This document shows positions 30,163-40,136 of a stretch of DNA of 64,000 bases, in pieces; within the stretch, counting starts at the first letter, position 1, and each line of letters begins with the position of its first letter. Below the pieces are notes generated by a model. That model had not been told where the DNA came from. It worked only from the letters and a program-made list of their open reading frames with translations, and made no database searches. The stretch is from a virus (lineage: Duplodnaviria; Caudoviricetes). The stretch is from the IMG/VR virus record IMGVR_UViG_3300002552_000444, positions 36,088-100,087 of that record. One strand, given 5' to 3'. The translations under genes and the position numbers were made by a program.

Positions 30163-31929
30163 TCACAAGACTTCCAAAAAATATTTTCGCTTCTTAACTT
30201 TCGGAAATGAAACCATCTGCATAATCTGATCCATTGGCTTATTTGACTTCGAGTTTTGCTCACGCTCAATTTCCTTTGCTACATAGACATTATAAGAAAG
30301 ACTTGAATACCTATCCTTTCGCTGCCCTGACTTTTCTTTGATTTTGATGCTATTGTTCTTGACTTCAAAATCTAATCCCACCAATTCATTCACGAGCAAT
30401 GTTGTTTGGATATATGGCATTTTCAAATTAACTTGCTCTTCTGGCGAAAGATTGCGATACCAACTAAAACCGTTTAGCATATCTTCGCCGTCATATTCGT
30501 TGATGAGCAAGCGAATTTGTCCCTGACGAAACGATTCACGCAAAAGCGATGCACAGCGAGAGTTTAATTCTTGAGAGCCATGAATTGCCCAAATTTTCTT
30601 CGGCGCACCTTTGACTGAACATCGCTTTGCAATTTCCTCATTATTGCAACATGACAAAGCATTATAGGTTTCCCCAGATGTTGCGTCATACATATCTGCC
30701 ATGAGAGCGTCAGCAATACTTAGTCCAAAGCCTTTACAGTCAAGCGCGAGATAGTCGCAGTCAAACTCCTCAAACAACTTTCGAATATTGAGTGCTTGCG
30801 CGTCTGTTCTCATTCCCTCATTGTTTTCGGGGTAAATGATGTTATAGGTAAACTTTCCGCTTGCCGTTGGTAGCATTTGGTTAATGTAGAGAGAAGTTGC
30901 GTCGTTCTTATTTTTTGACGAGGACATGAGTGCAATATCCGCCGACATTATTCTAATTTCGCCTTTTTGTTTTTCGGGCAGTGTGAATTTTTTATCGCTG
31001 ACCTTGTAGCCTCGCTTTGGTAAGTACGGATATTTAATCCGACGGCTTTTGTCAATCTCATTAAAAGCAAACCAACTTCCATTCCCTTTTCCCCAGAACA
31101 ATGCTTCCATTTCCATTGTGAAAGAAACAATGTTGAAATCACTTTCCATCATGTCATCTTCGACTCTTGCCCTATCTAGCAAGTCTTCCTTGATAGCGAG
31201 CTGATAAGGCATAGCACAACAGAAGTGAGTTCCACGCGTCAGCATATTTGCTGCATAGTCCCGCACTAACTCAAATGAATAATGGTCTTTATACCAACAA
31301 GACGAAGCATATATCGCTTTCGTCCTTTCTTTAGGAGCATTCTTAAATTCAGCCTTTTGCAAATATGCTGGCTGACGATTTGTGCTTAAAAATTTCTTCA
31401 AAATTGTGTCAATGATTGTTTTATCAATCAAGCGGTACTCATCACAGATTAAGACTGTTGCTCTGTTTGAACGAGCTGATTCACCGGCCGTAACAACCGA
31501 TATTTCAGAAGCGTTCTTAAACCACACCTTCGCCATAGACTGGTCAATCTTAATTCGTGAAATTTCAGATCTCAAATTAGCCGAAAGTGGCATGAGAATT
31601 GACTGAATTTTATTGATTGTTTCAGTTGCTTGTCCTCTTGTTTTTGATGCAATGCGAACCCACGATCCAGGATAAAGAATGCAGTAACAGGTGCAAAAAA
31701 TTGCCATAAGAAATGTTTTACCGCCGCCCCTTGATGCCAAATATATTGCATTAGGAAAACGAAACATCGCCCAAAGGATTACTTGTTGAAATAAACGAAG
31801 ATTAAGCCCTAGGTAATCTCTTGCAAACTTGTGAGGATTTGCTCGATAATATGCTGTCCACTTACTCACCCCACCCATTAGCAAATTCTCTTTCTCTTGC
31901 AATACTTCGCTTTCAGTTTTATTATTCAT
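30163..31929 (-). CDS. terL: Terminase large subunit
   Basis: Walker A SRGGGKT, Walker B LICDE, nuclease motifs SADIA and KDRYSS. Start refined to ATG 31929. Confidence 0.92.
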   Translation of the reverse strand: MNNKTESEVLQEKENLLMGGVSKWTAYYRANPHKFARDYLGLNLRLFQQVILWAMFRFPNAIYLASRGGGKTFLMAIFCTCYCILYPGSWVRIASKTRGQATETINKIQSILMPLSANLRSEISRIKIDQSMAKVWFKNASEISVVTAGESARSNRATVLICDEYRLIDKTIIDTILKKFLSTNRQPAYLQKAEFKNAPKERTKAIYASSCWYKDHYSFELVRDYAANMLTRGTHFCCAMPYQLAIKEDLLDRARVEDDMMESDFNIVSFTMEMEALFWGKGNGSWFAFNEIDKSRRIKYPYLPKRGYKVSDKKFTLPEKQKGEIRIMSADIALMSSSKNKNDATSLYINQMLPTASGKFTYNIIYPENNEGMRTDAQALNIRKLFEEFDCDYLALDCKGFGLSIADALMADMYDATSGETYNALSCCNNEEIAKRCSVKGAPKKIWAIHGSQELNSRCASLLRESFRQGQIRLLINEYDGEDMLNGFSWYRNLSPEEQVNLKMPYIQTTLLVNELVGLDFEVKNNSIKIKEKSGQRKDRYSSLSYNVYVAKEIEREQNSKSNKPMDQIMQMVSFPKVKKRKYFLEVL

Positions 31930-32929
31930 CGCCATCCACCTCAGATTTAGTTTTCGTAAACCTATCAAAGATTGAAGTTTCGCCGTCACCAAACATCTCT
32001 TCAACCTTTGGCGGTTTCACAGTATACTTTTCCATCTCTTCAAGATACTGCGCCTCAAAATCGTTGTGAATATCCAAAAGATTACACATATGGCCCAAAA
32101 AGAATGTTTCTAGCATTTTCTTCACCCCATCAACATCTGCCCACTCTGGATCAGGCTCGCACACTGGTCTTTCATTTTCGAGCTTTCGAATCAGCGTTCC
32201 AAAAGTATCATCGCTTGCCGCAGCCGTAGCACTTCGATTCGGCTTCAAGTCTGCGGTTTTAATCAAGTCCTGAAAAGTTCTCATCGCCTTTTCTAGTTCT
32301 TTAATCTCACGAGTTTGTCTAATTGACAACTGAGCAACGCAAATCGCTCTAATGAGTTCTTCGTCTGCTTTCATTGAAATATCGTATCGCTGACACCAAT
32401 CATTGAACTGCATATCAAGATACTCATACTCATCGTTTGTGAAACCATTTCCAAAAGCTCTGATTATTTCTCTTGTTGGCGAATATTCGTTATTAACTAA
32501 ATCACCAGTCTCATCATTTTCAGCATTCTCAAAAGGAACCACAACTTCACTCTGTTTTTCTCGAACAGTATCTAGATAGTCAGTTTTGCTTTTGAACTGC
32601 GCCATTCTTGCTCTTGAAGGATATGCCGAGAGTCTTGTTGTTGGCGCCATAACATTTGCAGTTGCTCCAACAATCTTTTCGTCAAAATACCAATCAAATT
32701 TCCTCGCACAATGCTCAATCGCCTTGTTAATGTCCCCATCATAGAAACCAACAAGTTGTCGATAATAGTCGTCAGCGCAATTTTTACAAATAGTTAAATA
32801 TCCGTTGTTCCCCACATAGAGCCTTGATTTCGTTGTCAAGAAATTGTTTTTCTGTGTTTGATAAACCACCGCACAACAAACGCATTTAAAATGAATATTA
32901 TTATCAATGCCGTTTTTTACTACTCTCAT
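31922..32929 (-). CDS. Zn-binding protein upstream of TerL, putative terminase small subunit
   Basis: CxCC and CKxC motifs, DTFGTLI, overlaps TerL start. Confidence 0.6.
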   Translation of the reverse strand: MRVVKNGIDNNIHFKCVCCAVVYQTQKNNFLTTKSRLYVGNNGYLTICKNCADDYYRQLVGFYDGDINKAIEHCARKFDWYFDEKIVGATANVMAPTTRLSAYPSRARMAQFKSKTDYLDTVREKQSEVVVPFENAENDETGDLVNNEYSPTREIIRAFGNGFTNDEYEYLDMQFNDWCQRYDISMKADEELIRAICVAQLSIRQTREIKELEKAMRTFQDLIKTADLKPNRSATAAASDDTFGTLIRKLENERPVCEPDPEWADVDGVKKMLETFFLGHMCNLLDIHNDFEAQYLEEMEKYTVKPPKVEEMFGDGETSIFDRFTKTKSEVDGDE

Positions 32930-33150
32930 TTTCTACACAATCCCCCACATGCATCAAAAAATTTTTTGTCCTTAACATTTAGCTCTCTGCAAAACCTAAT
33001 ATGAGTGCTTCCACAATAACTACAAACGCACAACCATCTAGGCAACCTATCCCCATTTGCCGCTATATCGTCTGCATATCGACTGTGAACAAACAGTCTA
33101 CCAAAATTTTTTCCTGACAAATCCTTCTTTGCTTTAATATACTTTTGCAC
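32926..33150 (-). pseudogene. Probable remnant of an HNH/AP2 homing endonuclease N-terminus
   Basis: DLSGKNFGRLFV...RWLCVCSYCG, no nuclease domain. Confidence 0.5.
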
Positions 33151-33164
33151 TCTTTAATCTCCCT

Positions 33165-34145
33165 TTATGTTAAATATAGTTCGTCTAAATCTTCCGAGTC
33201 ATCACGCACAACATACAGTTCAGTTGTTGTGCTTGACTCGTGTCCGAGAAGCTTTTGGGCAACCTTGATATCAACCCCCTCATCAACAACAAGTTGTGTC
33301 GCGCGAGAACTGCGAACTAGATGCGGATAAACTCTGCGCCCAACAATCTTTGTGAATGTATTGGATGCCCAAGTGTTGAATGTCGTGTCGTTGACTTGTT
33401 TGACTTTTCCGCACACCTTGTGGACGAACATGAATGGACAATCGTCAACCCCACGCGCCTCAAGCCACTTCTTCAAAACCTGCATAGTTGCTTCGCTAAA
33501 CGCAAATTGTCTCACTTTCCCAAGATCACCTCGCCCCTTGCAACGAATTTTGTTTGTCAAATAGTAGACAACCTTTTTATCGCCCTTCTCTTTCACAATA
33601 GGCTTACTGTCAACGACATTCTTCAAAAGTTGCCTACTCTCAGCTCTGCGACACCCTGTGTCATGAGTGAAAACAAGATAGGCTATTTTCTGATGCTCTT
33701 GTTTTTCTGCAAGCGATTCAATGAGATTGTCAAACTCCGCTTTTGTCAGCGGAACTTTCACATGCTTGTTGACTTTCGCTGGTCTTGCGATACTTTTGTT
33801 AATGAAGTTGCGAAACATTTGATAGTCATCTGAAAAATAAATTTCGATGTAGTTGTTCAACGAACTTATCGCCGCACGTTTATTTGCGCAATCACTTGAC
33901 GAACACTCTCTCGCAACTAGCCAATTTTGAAATCTCTTGAACTCCAAAGGCTTGATGTCAATTTGCCTTTTATTACTCAAGTTATCTTTGACCCACACGA
34001 ACCAAATCCGCAAATTCGATTCATATGCTTTTCTTGTTTTTTCCGACAGCTCGGTTGAGTCTGCCAGAAAGTTAGTTAGCAGTTCTTTGTTAAAATCACA
34101 AACGCCGTCCCAAACAGACGGCGTTATTGGCTCTAATTTCTTCAT
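33165..34145 (-). CDS. Tyrosine recombinase
   Basis: TGCRRAE, KGRG, HLVRSSRAT, LGH...TTELY catalytic set. Confidence 0.92.
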   Translation of the reverse strand: MKKLEPITPSVWDGVCDFNKELLTNFLADSTELSEKTRKAYESNLRIWFVWVKDNLSNKRQIDIKPLEFKRFQNWLVARECSSSDCANKRAAISSLNNYIEIYFSDDYQMFRNFINKSIARPAKVNKHVKVPLTKAEFDNLIESLAEKQEHQKIAYLVFTHDTGCRRAESRQLLKNVVDSKPIVKEKGDKKVVYYLTNKIRCKGRGDLGKVRQFAFSEATMQVLKKWLEARGVDDCPFMFVHKVCGKVKQVNDTTFNTWASNTFTKIVGRRVYPHLVRSSRATQLVVDEGVDIKVAQKLLGHESSTTTELYVVRDDSEDLDELYLT

Positions 34146-34163
34146 TCAATTTCCTCCAAAATT

Positions 34164-34466
34164 TTATTGCTCCCAAGGTGGCTTGTCCATTTCAAGCGGA
34201 TTTTTTGTTGCCTTGAACTTTATCATATCTTTCGACTCACGAATAATCATCTTGCCGCTCTTTGGGTGTTTAAAACGCTTAGGGGCGGTTTTCTTGTGTC
34301 TGAGCGCGCCGAAACGATGAAGACTAATGTCCCTCCCTTCTACATAGAGCAAGTGACTTCCAAGCAACCGAACTCGGTTACAAATAACTTCCGCCTCATT
34401 CAGCGGAACTCCAAACTCATCGGAATACCTTTTAGCAAATTCTTTTGCATTAATGGTTTTTCTCAT
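34164..34466 (-). CDS. HU/IHF-like DNA-binding protein
   Basis: ISLHRFGAL...PKRFKHPKSGKMI...IKFK. Confidence 0.8.
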   Translation of the reverse strand: MRKTINAKEFAKRYSDEFGVPLNEAEVICNRVRLLGSHLLYVEGRDISLHRFGALRHKKTAPKRFKHPKSGKMIIRESKDMIKFKATKNPLEMDKPPWEQ

Positions 34467-34565
34467 AAAAAATTCACCTCCGAAAATCACATCCCTCTAC
34501 TTCTATTATAACTGGGTTTTGTTTTACTTTTGGTTTACATGGGCAGTAATTTGTATACTCTTTTG

Positions 34566-34853
34566 CTAAAATGGGGTGTTTGCGAGTATAAAATCAATCT
34601 TTTCACACACTTTTTTGATGCGTTTGTATACTGCTTGCCTTGTCATGAACACCTTTGCTGCGACAAAATACATATCGGCTTTGTTAAAATATCGAGTCAT
34701 TATTATGATTCGATTTACATCATCAAGGTTTTCCACGCACCGTTCAACCACATCAAGCATTTTCGCAACTTTCGCATCTTCATTCGAAATACAACTCTTG
34801 TAGAAGTGCCAGTTTTTCAGCAACTCTTTTGTCTTCTTCATTTTCAAATTCAT
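34566..34853 (-). CDS. Sigma70 region-4-like HTH regulator (ArpU/RinA-like late activator candidate)
   Basis: LDDVNRIIIMTRYF...VAAKVFMTRQAVYKR. Confidence 0.65.
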   Translation of the reverse strand: MNLKMKKTKELLKNWHFYKSCISNEDAKVAKMLDVVERCVENLDDVNRIIIMTRYFNKADMYFVAAKVFMTRQAVYKRIKKVCEKIDFILANTPF

Positions 34854-35352
34854 TTAATACCTCCTGAAGAACATTTTTGAATTTTGTCTTCATTGTGTTG
34901 TTTATTACTTTTGCTACTCTCAAAACGATTGAATCGTCAATCTCATCTGGAGCATCCTCAATTTTTGTTTTAAGCCACCTTCGTATGTAACCATCTTCTT
35001 CCAACTCAATTGACCAATCTTTCGCCAAGCAAACACCAACTAATTCCCAGCACTGCATATAACCGAAATTGGCACCTTCTTGGATAAAGAGCTTTAGAGT
35101 CTTACCAGTCTTTTCGTCTATGAAGTCACATTGAAAATATCCACACCATGGTAATCGCCCTGCCTCGCCCATGCGTTGCAAATATTCTTCGAGTTCAATT
35201 TTCAATTTTCGCTTATTGAAATGCGACGCACCCAAGCACTCGTATATATCCAAAATCGCCTCTGGTGTTATTGAAATTTTTTGAATTGATATTTTCATTT
35301 TTCCTCTCTTTTTTAAGGCACAAAGTCTATGCACTCTCTCCGCTTTTTCCAC
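34780..35352 (-). CDS. Hypothetical protein
   Basis: Co-oriented ORF; start probably internal (MKISIQ). Confidence 0.6.
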   Translation of the reverse strand: MEKAERVHRLCALKKRGKMKISIQKISITPEAILDIYECLGASHFNKRKLKIELEEYLQRMGEAGRLPWCGYFQCDFIDEKTGKTLKLFIQEGANFGYMQCWELVGVCLAKDWSIELEEDGYIRRWLKTKIEDAPDEIDDSIVLRVAKVINNTMKTKFKNVLQEVLNEFENEEDKRVAEKLALLQELYFE

Positions 35353-35864
35353 TCACTCCAAAACTTCGGCGTGTGGTGTCGCTCAATGTTCCCATGCTTT
35401 TTATCATAGCGATCATCATATTTTCGCTCAACGATGAACTTGATGATAATATCTGGACTACCGCTCTCTGAATACCAACGCTCAGTTATAATTCGTGTTG
35501 CTTCATCAAAAGTCGCATCGCTACTGCACTCATAACAACTGGGAATTTCGACATCATCACACCACACCATGTTAAAAGCGATTCTATAAAATGTCAGTAT
35601 GTAATTGATGTCGAAAAAAGTTTTGGGGCTTTCGGATCGAGCAATTCTGTAATTCTGTGTCGCAAGTTCACACATCTTTTGCAAGACTGGTGGGTCTATA
35701 TTCGAAGTCAACATTTCAATCGCCATTTTTTCCGCCACCATATCTGTGCGCGAAAGCCCTTTGTAGAATTGCGGAGTGATGACCCTGCAAAATGCCATGA
35801 TGTGTTCAGCTGTTGTTGGCGATGTCAGCGACACATCATTTTTTGTCTTGACCAATTTAACCAT
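35313..35864 (-). CDS. Hypothetical protein downstream of replication initiator (helicase loader position)
   Basis: Overlaps the rep gene stop; function inferred from position only. Confidence 0.55.
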   Translation of the reverse strand: MVKLVKTKNDVSLTSPTTAEHIMAFCRVITPQFYKGLSRTDMVAEKMAIEMLTSNIDPPVLQKMCELATQNYRIARSESPKTFFDINYILTFYRIAFNMVWCDDVEIPSCYECSSDATFDEATRIITERWYSESGSPDIIIKFIVERKYDDRYDKKHGNIERHHTPKFWSEWKKRRECIDFVP

Positions 35865-36702
35865 ATCGCTCCCCCTTTAGAAAATCATGCAAGTCCTCAA
35901 GTGGACTTCTACCTTTTTTCGGCGAATCTCGGAGCGATCCTTGTGGTGGTTTCAATTCAAAAACATCACCCCAGTTATTGATAATACTGCGATTTAGAAT
36001 TTCAATCTTCATCTCATCATTCGGTGCAATTTTATCTAACTTTTCAAAAATAAGCTCAAGTGCACGATTAGTTGGAGTTTTTTTCATACTCACCCGCATC
36101 TTAATAAAATCCTTGACCGCTTCTTGTAGTCTTTGATTTGAGGTGTATCTTGCGATTATCTCATCAAAAGCAGGAATCGCCGCCGTCTCTTTCTTACTTA
36201 CTTTCTTTTTAGATGTAATGGTAGTCTCTGTAGTATTCTCTGGTATTGGTTGGTGCGTATTGCCACTATTAATCGGTGCAATTTGCTCTGATGTCTCTTG
36301 GTCAATTTGCTCCGATTGATTTGTGCAATTTGCACCTATGTCTTTTTGCTGTTCAAAGAAGCTTCTTTCTTTAACTGTTTCATTCAGTGCATCATAATCA
36401 AGCCTATACCAAAGCGTCCTGTCAAAACTCGATTTATTAAAGTGTCCTTTAATGATAAGCCCACTATCAACCAATCTAGCAATGGTTCGCTTGACTGTAT
36501 CAAAACTCCAAAATGGAAATTGTGAATGCCACTCTGAAATTGAATTATATATCCAGCTGTGCCCGTCGCGCATCTTTGGATTCTTCTTTAACCAATAATG
36601 AAGCTGTTGCAAAACAATAGCCTCATTAAGACCCAAAAGCGTTGCTAGTTTCGGCAGAACTATTAGTGGTTGTTCGTCAAGTAAAATGTTCGAGTTTTCC
36701 AT
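35857..36702 (-). CDS. Phage replication initiator (lambda O/replisome-organiser-like)
   Basis: LLDEQPL...GLNEAIVLQQLHYW, DRTLWY, PIPENTTETT linker, C-terminal SIINNWGDVF. Confidence 0.85.
   Translation of the reverse strand: MENSNILLDEQPLIVLPKLATLLGLNEAIVLQQLHYWLKKNPKMRDGHSWIYNSISEWHSQFPFWSFDTVKRTIARLVDSGLIIKGHFNKSSFDRTLWYRLDYDALNETVKERSFFEQQKDIGANCTNQSEQIDQETSEQIAPINSGNTHQPIPENTTETTITSKKKVSKKETAAIPAFDEIIARYTSNQRLQEAVKDFIKMRVSMKKTPTNRALELIFEKLDKIAPNDEMKIEILNRSIINNWGDVFELKPPQGSLRDSPKKGRSPLEDLHDFLKGERYG
36255..36335. repeat. Iteron-like repeats inside the rep gene (candidate origin)
   Basis: CAATTTGC at 36279, 36303 and 36326 (23-24 bp period). Confidence 0.65.
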
Positions 36703-36838
36703 TTGAGTTTTCTCCTGAAAATTTTGTCGCTGTGATTGTAATTATACAAAATAAAAGACCCAACGGCTTTTTGGTCTTTTAATGAAATCTTTATATAATT
36801 TTGTCTAATCTTGACGATTGGAACAGTTGCAAAATATT

Positions 36839-37035
36839 AATTCTCGGTGGAAGTCAATTTTTCCCGAGAATTGGCTGTTTTCGCTCTAAAAACACGATTC
36901 TCGGTAAAGTTCCCTATTATAGGAGCTTTTTGCTCATTTTGGGCAATCTAGCGCAAAAATTATGCTTTTTTACTCAAAATCACAAAAAAATATGCCCCAT
37001 AATAGGACACTTTTCCGAGAATTGCTCCGAGAATT
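36839..37035. repeat. Five CCGAGAAT(T) sites, direct and inverted
   Basis: Inverted at 36839 and 36897; direct at 36864, 37015 and 37027. Confidence 0.7.
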
Positions 37036-37339
37036 TTCAATCAATTTTTGCCCTATTTTTGAAAAAATCTCGTAACAGTGAGAAAGGGTTACATAGTGTT
37101 TTTTTGCTCTCTGAATATGCGTTCATAGTGTAAAATATCCCCTACTATGCAAACAATTTTGTGCTAACTTTTAACATTAGTTAGCATAAAAGCAACAACA
37201 CGCAACCACGCAAGCAACCACAACCACACAAACAAATTTGCTTGCTTGTTAGTTGCTCAACCACGCAAGCAAAATTTTTCAAGCATGGGCAAAAACAAAA
37301 ATGACTTGCAATTATTTTTCAAAAAAAGCGTTCAAACGC

Positions 37340-37399
37340 TTTACACAATTACTCAATTATGTTATTATTGTATTGTAGTTGCTCACTACAATACAATAA
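37340..37399 (+). promoter_or_regulatory. Promoter with overlapping 15-bp perfect inverted repeat
   Basis: TTTACA-17-TATTAT. Arms ttattgtattgtagt (37365) and actacaatacaataa (37385). Confidence 0.6.
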
Positions 37400-37424
37400 A
37401 TTTAGAGCAAAGGAATAACTAACC

Positions 37425-38270
37425 ATGACAAAAACAACAACCACAAAAAACAGCAAAAAACAAGCATTAAAAAATGCCGTCACCACGCAAAGCGTGAGCG
37501 TGACAGATAACAAAACAAGTGATTTAATCACTTGTAACAATGTTCAAAACATGGGGGAATATATAGCATTAAGGGCTATAAAAACTGTTCTGGATAGAGT
37601 GTCAGGAACTGAAAAAACAGCAAAAAATGACACTAAAAAAAATGATATTATCAAGGGCAATTCACTAGCAAGTTATGGAACATATCAATTCACACACAAA
37701 TTATACTGTGACTTGATTAGTGACTTAAACAACAAGCATTTAATCAATCACACTATAACCGATGGATATGACATAGCACAAACTGCAACCGCCTTTTTAT
37801 GTGAACACATAGGAAAAAAACTTGACAACATAGCAAGCGTGGAACAACTTGACAAGCAAGGACAACCCATCACAATTAAAAGGGCTTGTTTTAGAGTTGT
37901 AAACAAGTATATCATGGAACATAGACAAAAAGACTACAAGCAAGTTGCAATATTTGACAATGGACAATATATAACGCCTCCGCCATTGTGGAACATTGAC
38001 AAAATACATGACTTGCACTTGCTCAATCAAATAATTAAAGATATGCAACTATCAAGCAAGGAAAAAACAATTCTATCATTAAGACTAAAAGGCATGGGAT
38101 ATGACAAAATAGCACAACATTTGAGCATTACAAAAAGCACAATTAGAGTTTATATAAAACGCATACAACAAAAAGCAAGCAAAATAGGTTTGACAAGTGA
38201 GAACGCAAAAAACGCATTAAAGTCATTAAAAATAGACAAATTACAAGCAATTAAGGCAAGCAAACAATAG
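37425..38270 (+). CDS. Protein with C-terminal LuxR/sigma70-r4-type HTH
   Basis: LSSKEKTILSLRLKGMGYDKIAQHLSITKSTIRVYIKRI. Confidence 0.75.
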   Translation: MTKTTTTKNSKKQALKNAVTTQSVSVTDNKTSDLITCNNVQNMGEYIALRAIKTVLDRVSGTEKTAKNDTKKNDIIKGNSLASYGTYQFTHKLYCDLISDLNNKHLINHTITDGYDIAQTATAFLCEHIGKKLDNIASVEQLDKQGQPITIKRACFRVVNKYIMEHRQKDYKQVAIFDNGQYITPPPLWNIDKIHDLHLLNQIIKDMQLSSKEKTILSLRLKGMGYDKIAQHLSITKSTIRVYIKRIQQKASKIGLTSENAKNALKSLKIDKLQAIKASKQ

Positions 38271-38294
38271 GACTAGAAAATCAAATTTAACCAT

Positions 38295-38329
38295 GCAAAA
38301 ACACTAGATTAAATGCTAGTGTTTTTTGC
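38295..38329 (+). terminator. Terminator-like hairpin
   Basis: gcaaaaacactag...ctagtgttttttgc. Confidence 0.65.
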
Positions 38330-38484
38330 TTGTCACACGCTAGTTACTATTTAAGTGTAGCGTGGTTGTGTGCTTGTCACACGCTAGTTACTATTTAAGT
38401 GTAGCGTGGTTGTGTGCTTGTCACACGCTAGTTACTATTTAAGTGTAGCGTTTGCGTTTGTCTAACAACAAACGCAAACGCTAC
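38327..38484. repeat. 44-bp tandem repeat (2.8 copies) followed by a 17-bp perfect inverted repeat
   Basis: tgcttgtcacacgctagttactatttaagtgtagcgtggttgtg at 38327, 38371 and 38415; IR arms 38445-38461 and 38468-38484. Confidence 0.92.
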
Positions 38485-39010
38485 GAATTTATGAGCGATG
38501 ATGGGAAACTCTGAACTACCCATTGCCACTTCCCGCCCATGACTATCTGAGTCATGGTATGGCTGGCTGCATCGGACTAGAGAATAATGCAGATGAAACT
38601 AACATCAAATACTGTCGGTCGCTTGACTAATCGTGAGTAGTCAACATTTTGCGTGAACGGAATGGAGCAGGTATGCCATGAGCCTAAATTCGTGTTGAAC
38701 AACTGTGGCTAGTGTGATGTTATCATTATGTTGTATAATTCTGAGGCAACTCACTTGCATTATTACAATCCTACTGGCTAGGGTTTATAGGGATACGCAA
38801 GTAAAAATGACGACGACAATCTGATTCGAGGAAATAGCCCCAATTGATTTGGGAGTGTTACAGATAAAGTTTATACTAACTAATGAAAAACAGCATGAAG
38901 TAATGAAAAATGCTCTGCGTCTTTATGACGCATTTAAGACCGCTCATCATAGCAATATTTTGAGCGGTCATCGTGTCCAAAAAGACCGTATGAGGTTGGC
39001 ATGGGCAAAG
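38483..39010 (+). ncRNA. Candidate large structured ncRNA or long structured leader
   Basis: Dense hairpins, GNRA loops and long-range complementarities; the downstream CDS has its RBS and ATG only at 39023. Confidence 0.5.
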
Positions 39011-39022
39011 GAGCAAATCATT

Positions 39023-39982
39023 ATGGAAAAAGAAAAGAAATTCGTATTGACTGGCAAAGAAACTCTTGCCCAACTTGAAGACGGTCTGAAACTATTAACT
39101 GAGGAATCCACTGCTGCGATTAAAAGCGGTAAGTTGACCGATGAAATGGTTGCAAGTCTGCTCGCATGGGAAACTGCTTGTGCCAACAAGCAAACAGATG
39201 TCACCTATCGTGCTTTAGGCAAAAAGGAAAAACCTATGGTTGAAGCAAGTATTCTATTCAAATTCCCAGTCAAAAAAGTCACAGTCAAGCGTGACAAAGA
39301 CACGCAAAAAATAGTTGAAGTCAAATTGGGCGAATATGACAAGAAGATTGACATCAAAGATTTTTGCACAACAAATAAACTTTCATTGGATTGGTTGCCT
39401 GAAATTCAATTCTTCAAGCAAACTATGATATTGAAAGTTGCGTATGACCGCAAAATGACACCAGCGCAATTAAAAGAAATCTCGAAATCCTACTACATGG
39501 ACAAAAAAATCGCTCATCTTGCAGAGGGACGAACTCCATTTAGCAACAATTCAGTTTGCAAGGACTTGCAAAGGCTTGTTGACGCTATCGTTCCCTTTGA
39601 GGGCTACAAATGTCATAATGAGGACTTTGGTTTTATTCGTGATTGCATGACCCAAATGGGCAAAGAGCCTCGCTCGACAAGACTTGTTGGCGATAAAGCG
39701 ATAATGATTGCAGTTCTGAACCTTTTGAACAAATTCGCAACCAAAAGAGCGTATAATGTGGACTATCGCAAAATAAAAGTCAAAACTGAAAAAACCGCTC
39801 CAGCGCCACAATCAAAAGCACCAAAGAAAAAATCTGGCAAAACATCTGCCATTGTCCAAAAGCAAAAAAGAACCCGCAATAAAAGCAAATTGACCTTGCT
39901 CGCTAATGATGACATATTGAAGCAACCTCTCGAAATCAAACAAGTTGACATGAGCGACTTGAGACTTGACATAGCGGCATAA
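39023..39982 (+). CDS. Hypothetical basic phage protein
   Basis: Start refined to ATG 39023 after AAGGAG. Confidence 0.75.
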   Translation: MEKEKKFVLTGKETLAQLEDGLKLLTEESTAAIKSGKLTDEMVASLLAWETACANKQTDVTYRALGKKEKPMVEASILFKFPVKKVTVKRDKDTQKIVEVKLGEYDKKIDIKDFCTTNKLSLDWLPEIQFFKQTMILKVAYDRKMTPAQLKEISKSYYMDKKIAHLAEGRTPFSNNSVCKDLQRLVDAIVPFEGYKCHNEDFGFIRDCMTQMGKEPRSTRLVGDKAIMIAVLNLLNKFATKRAYNVDYRKIKVKTEKTAPAPQSKAPKKKSGKTSAIVQKQKRTRNKSKLTLLANDDILKQPLEIKQVDMSDLRLDIAA

Positions 39983-39996
39983 CATTTGAGTGCAAC

Positions 39997-40037
39997 AAAT
40001 CCTGCACTGATAGGAATATCTGTGCAGGATTTTTTTG
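39997..40037 (+). terminator. Rho-independent terminator
   Basis: aaatcctgcac/gtgcaggattt plus T-run. Confidence 0.8.
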
Positions 40038-40136
40038 CATCTTTTTACTTACCTATTTTTTACTATGAAAAACTGTGCGACAATTTGAGTGGTATTTCCG
40101 CTTGACTTACCAATCATATTTTCGTATAATGTAACT

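Noticed and set aside
38327-38451. Mini-CRISPR
   Set aside because: Head-to-tail identical 44-mers with no unique spacers.
38849-39022. N-terminal 58 codons of the 377-aa ORF
   Set aside because: No RBS at 38849; AAGGAG supports ATG 39023 and the region is hairpin-rich.
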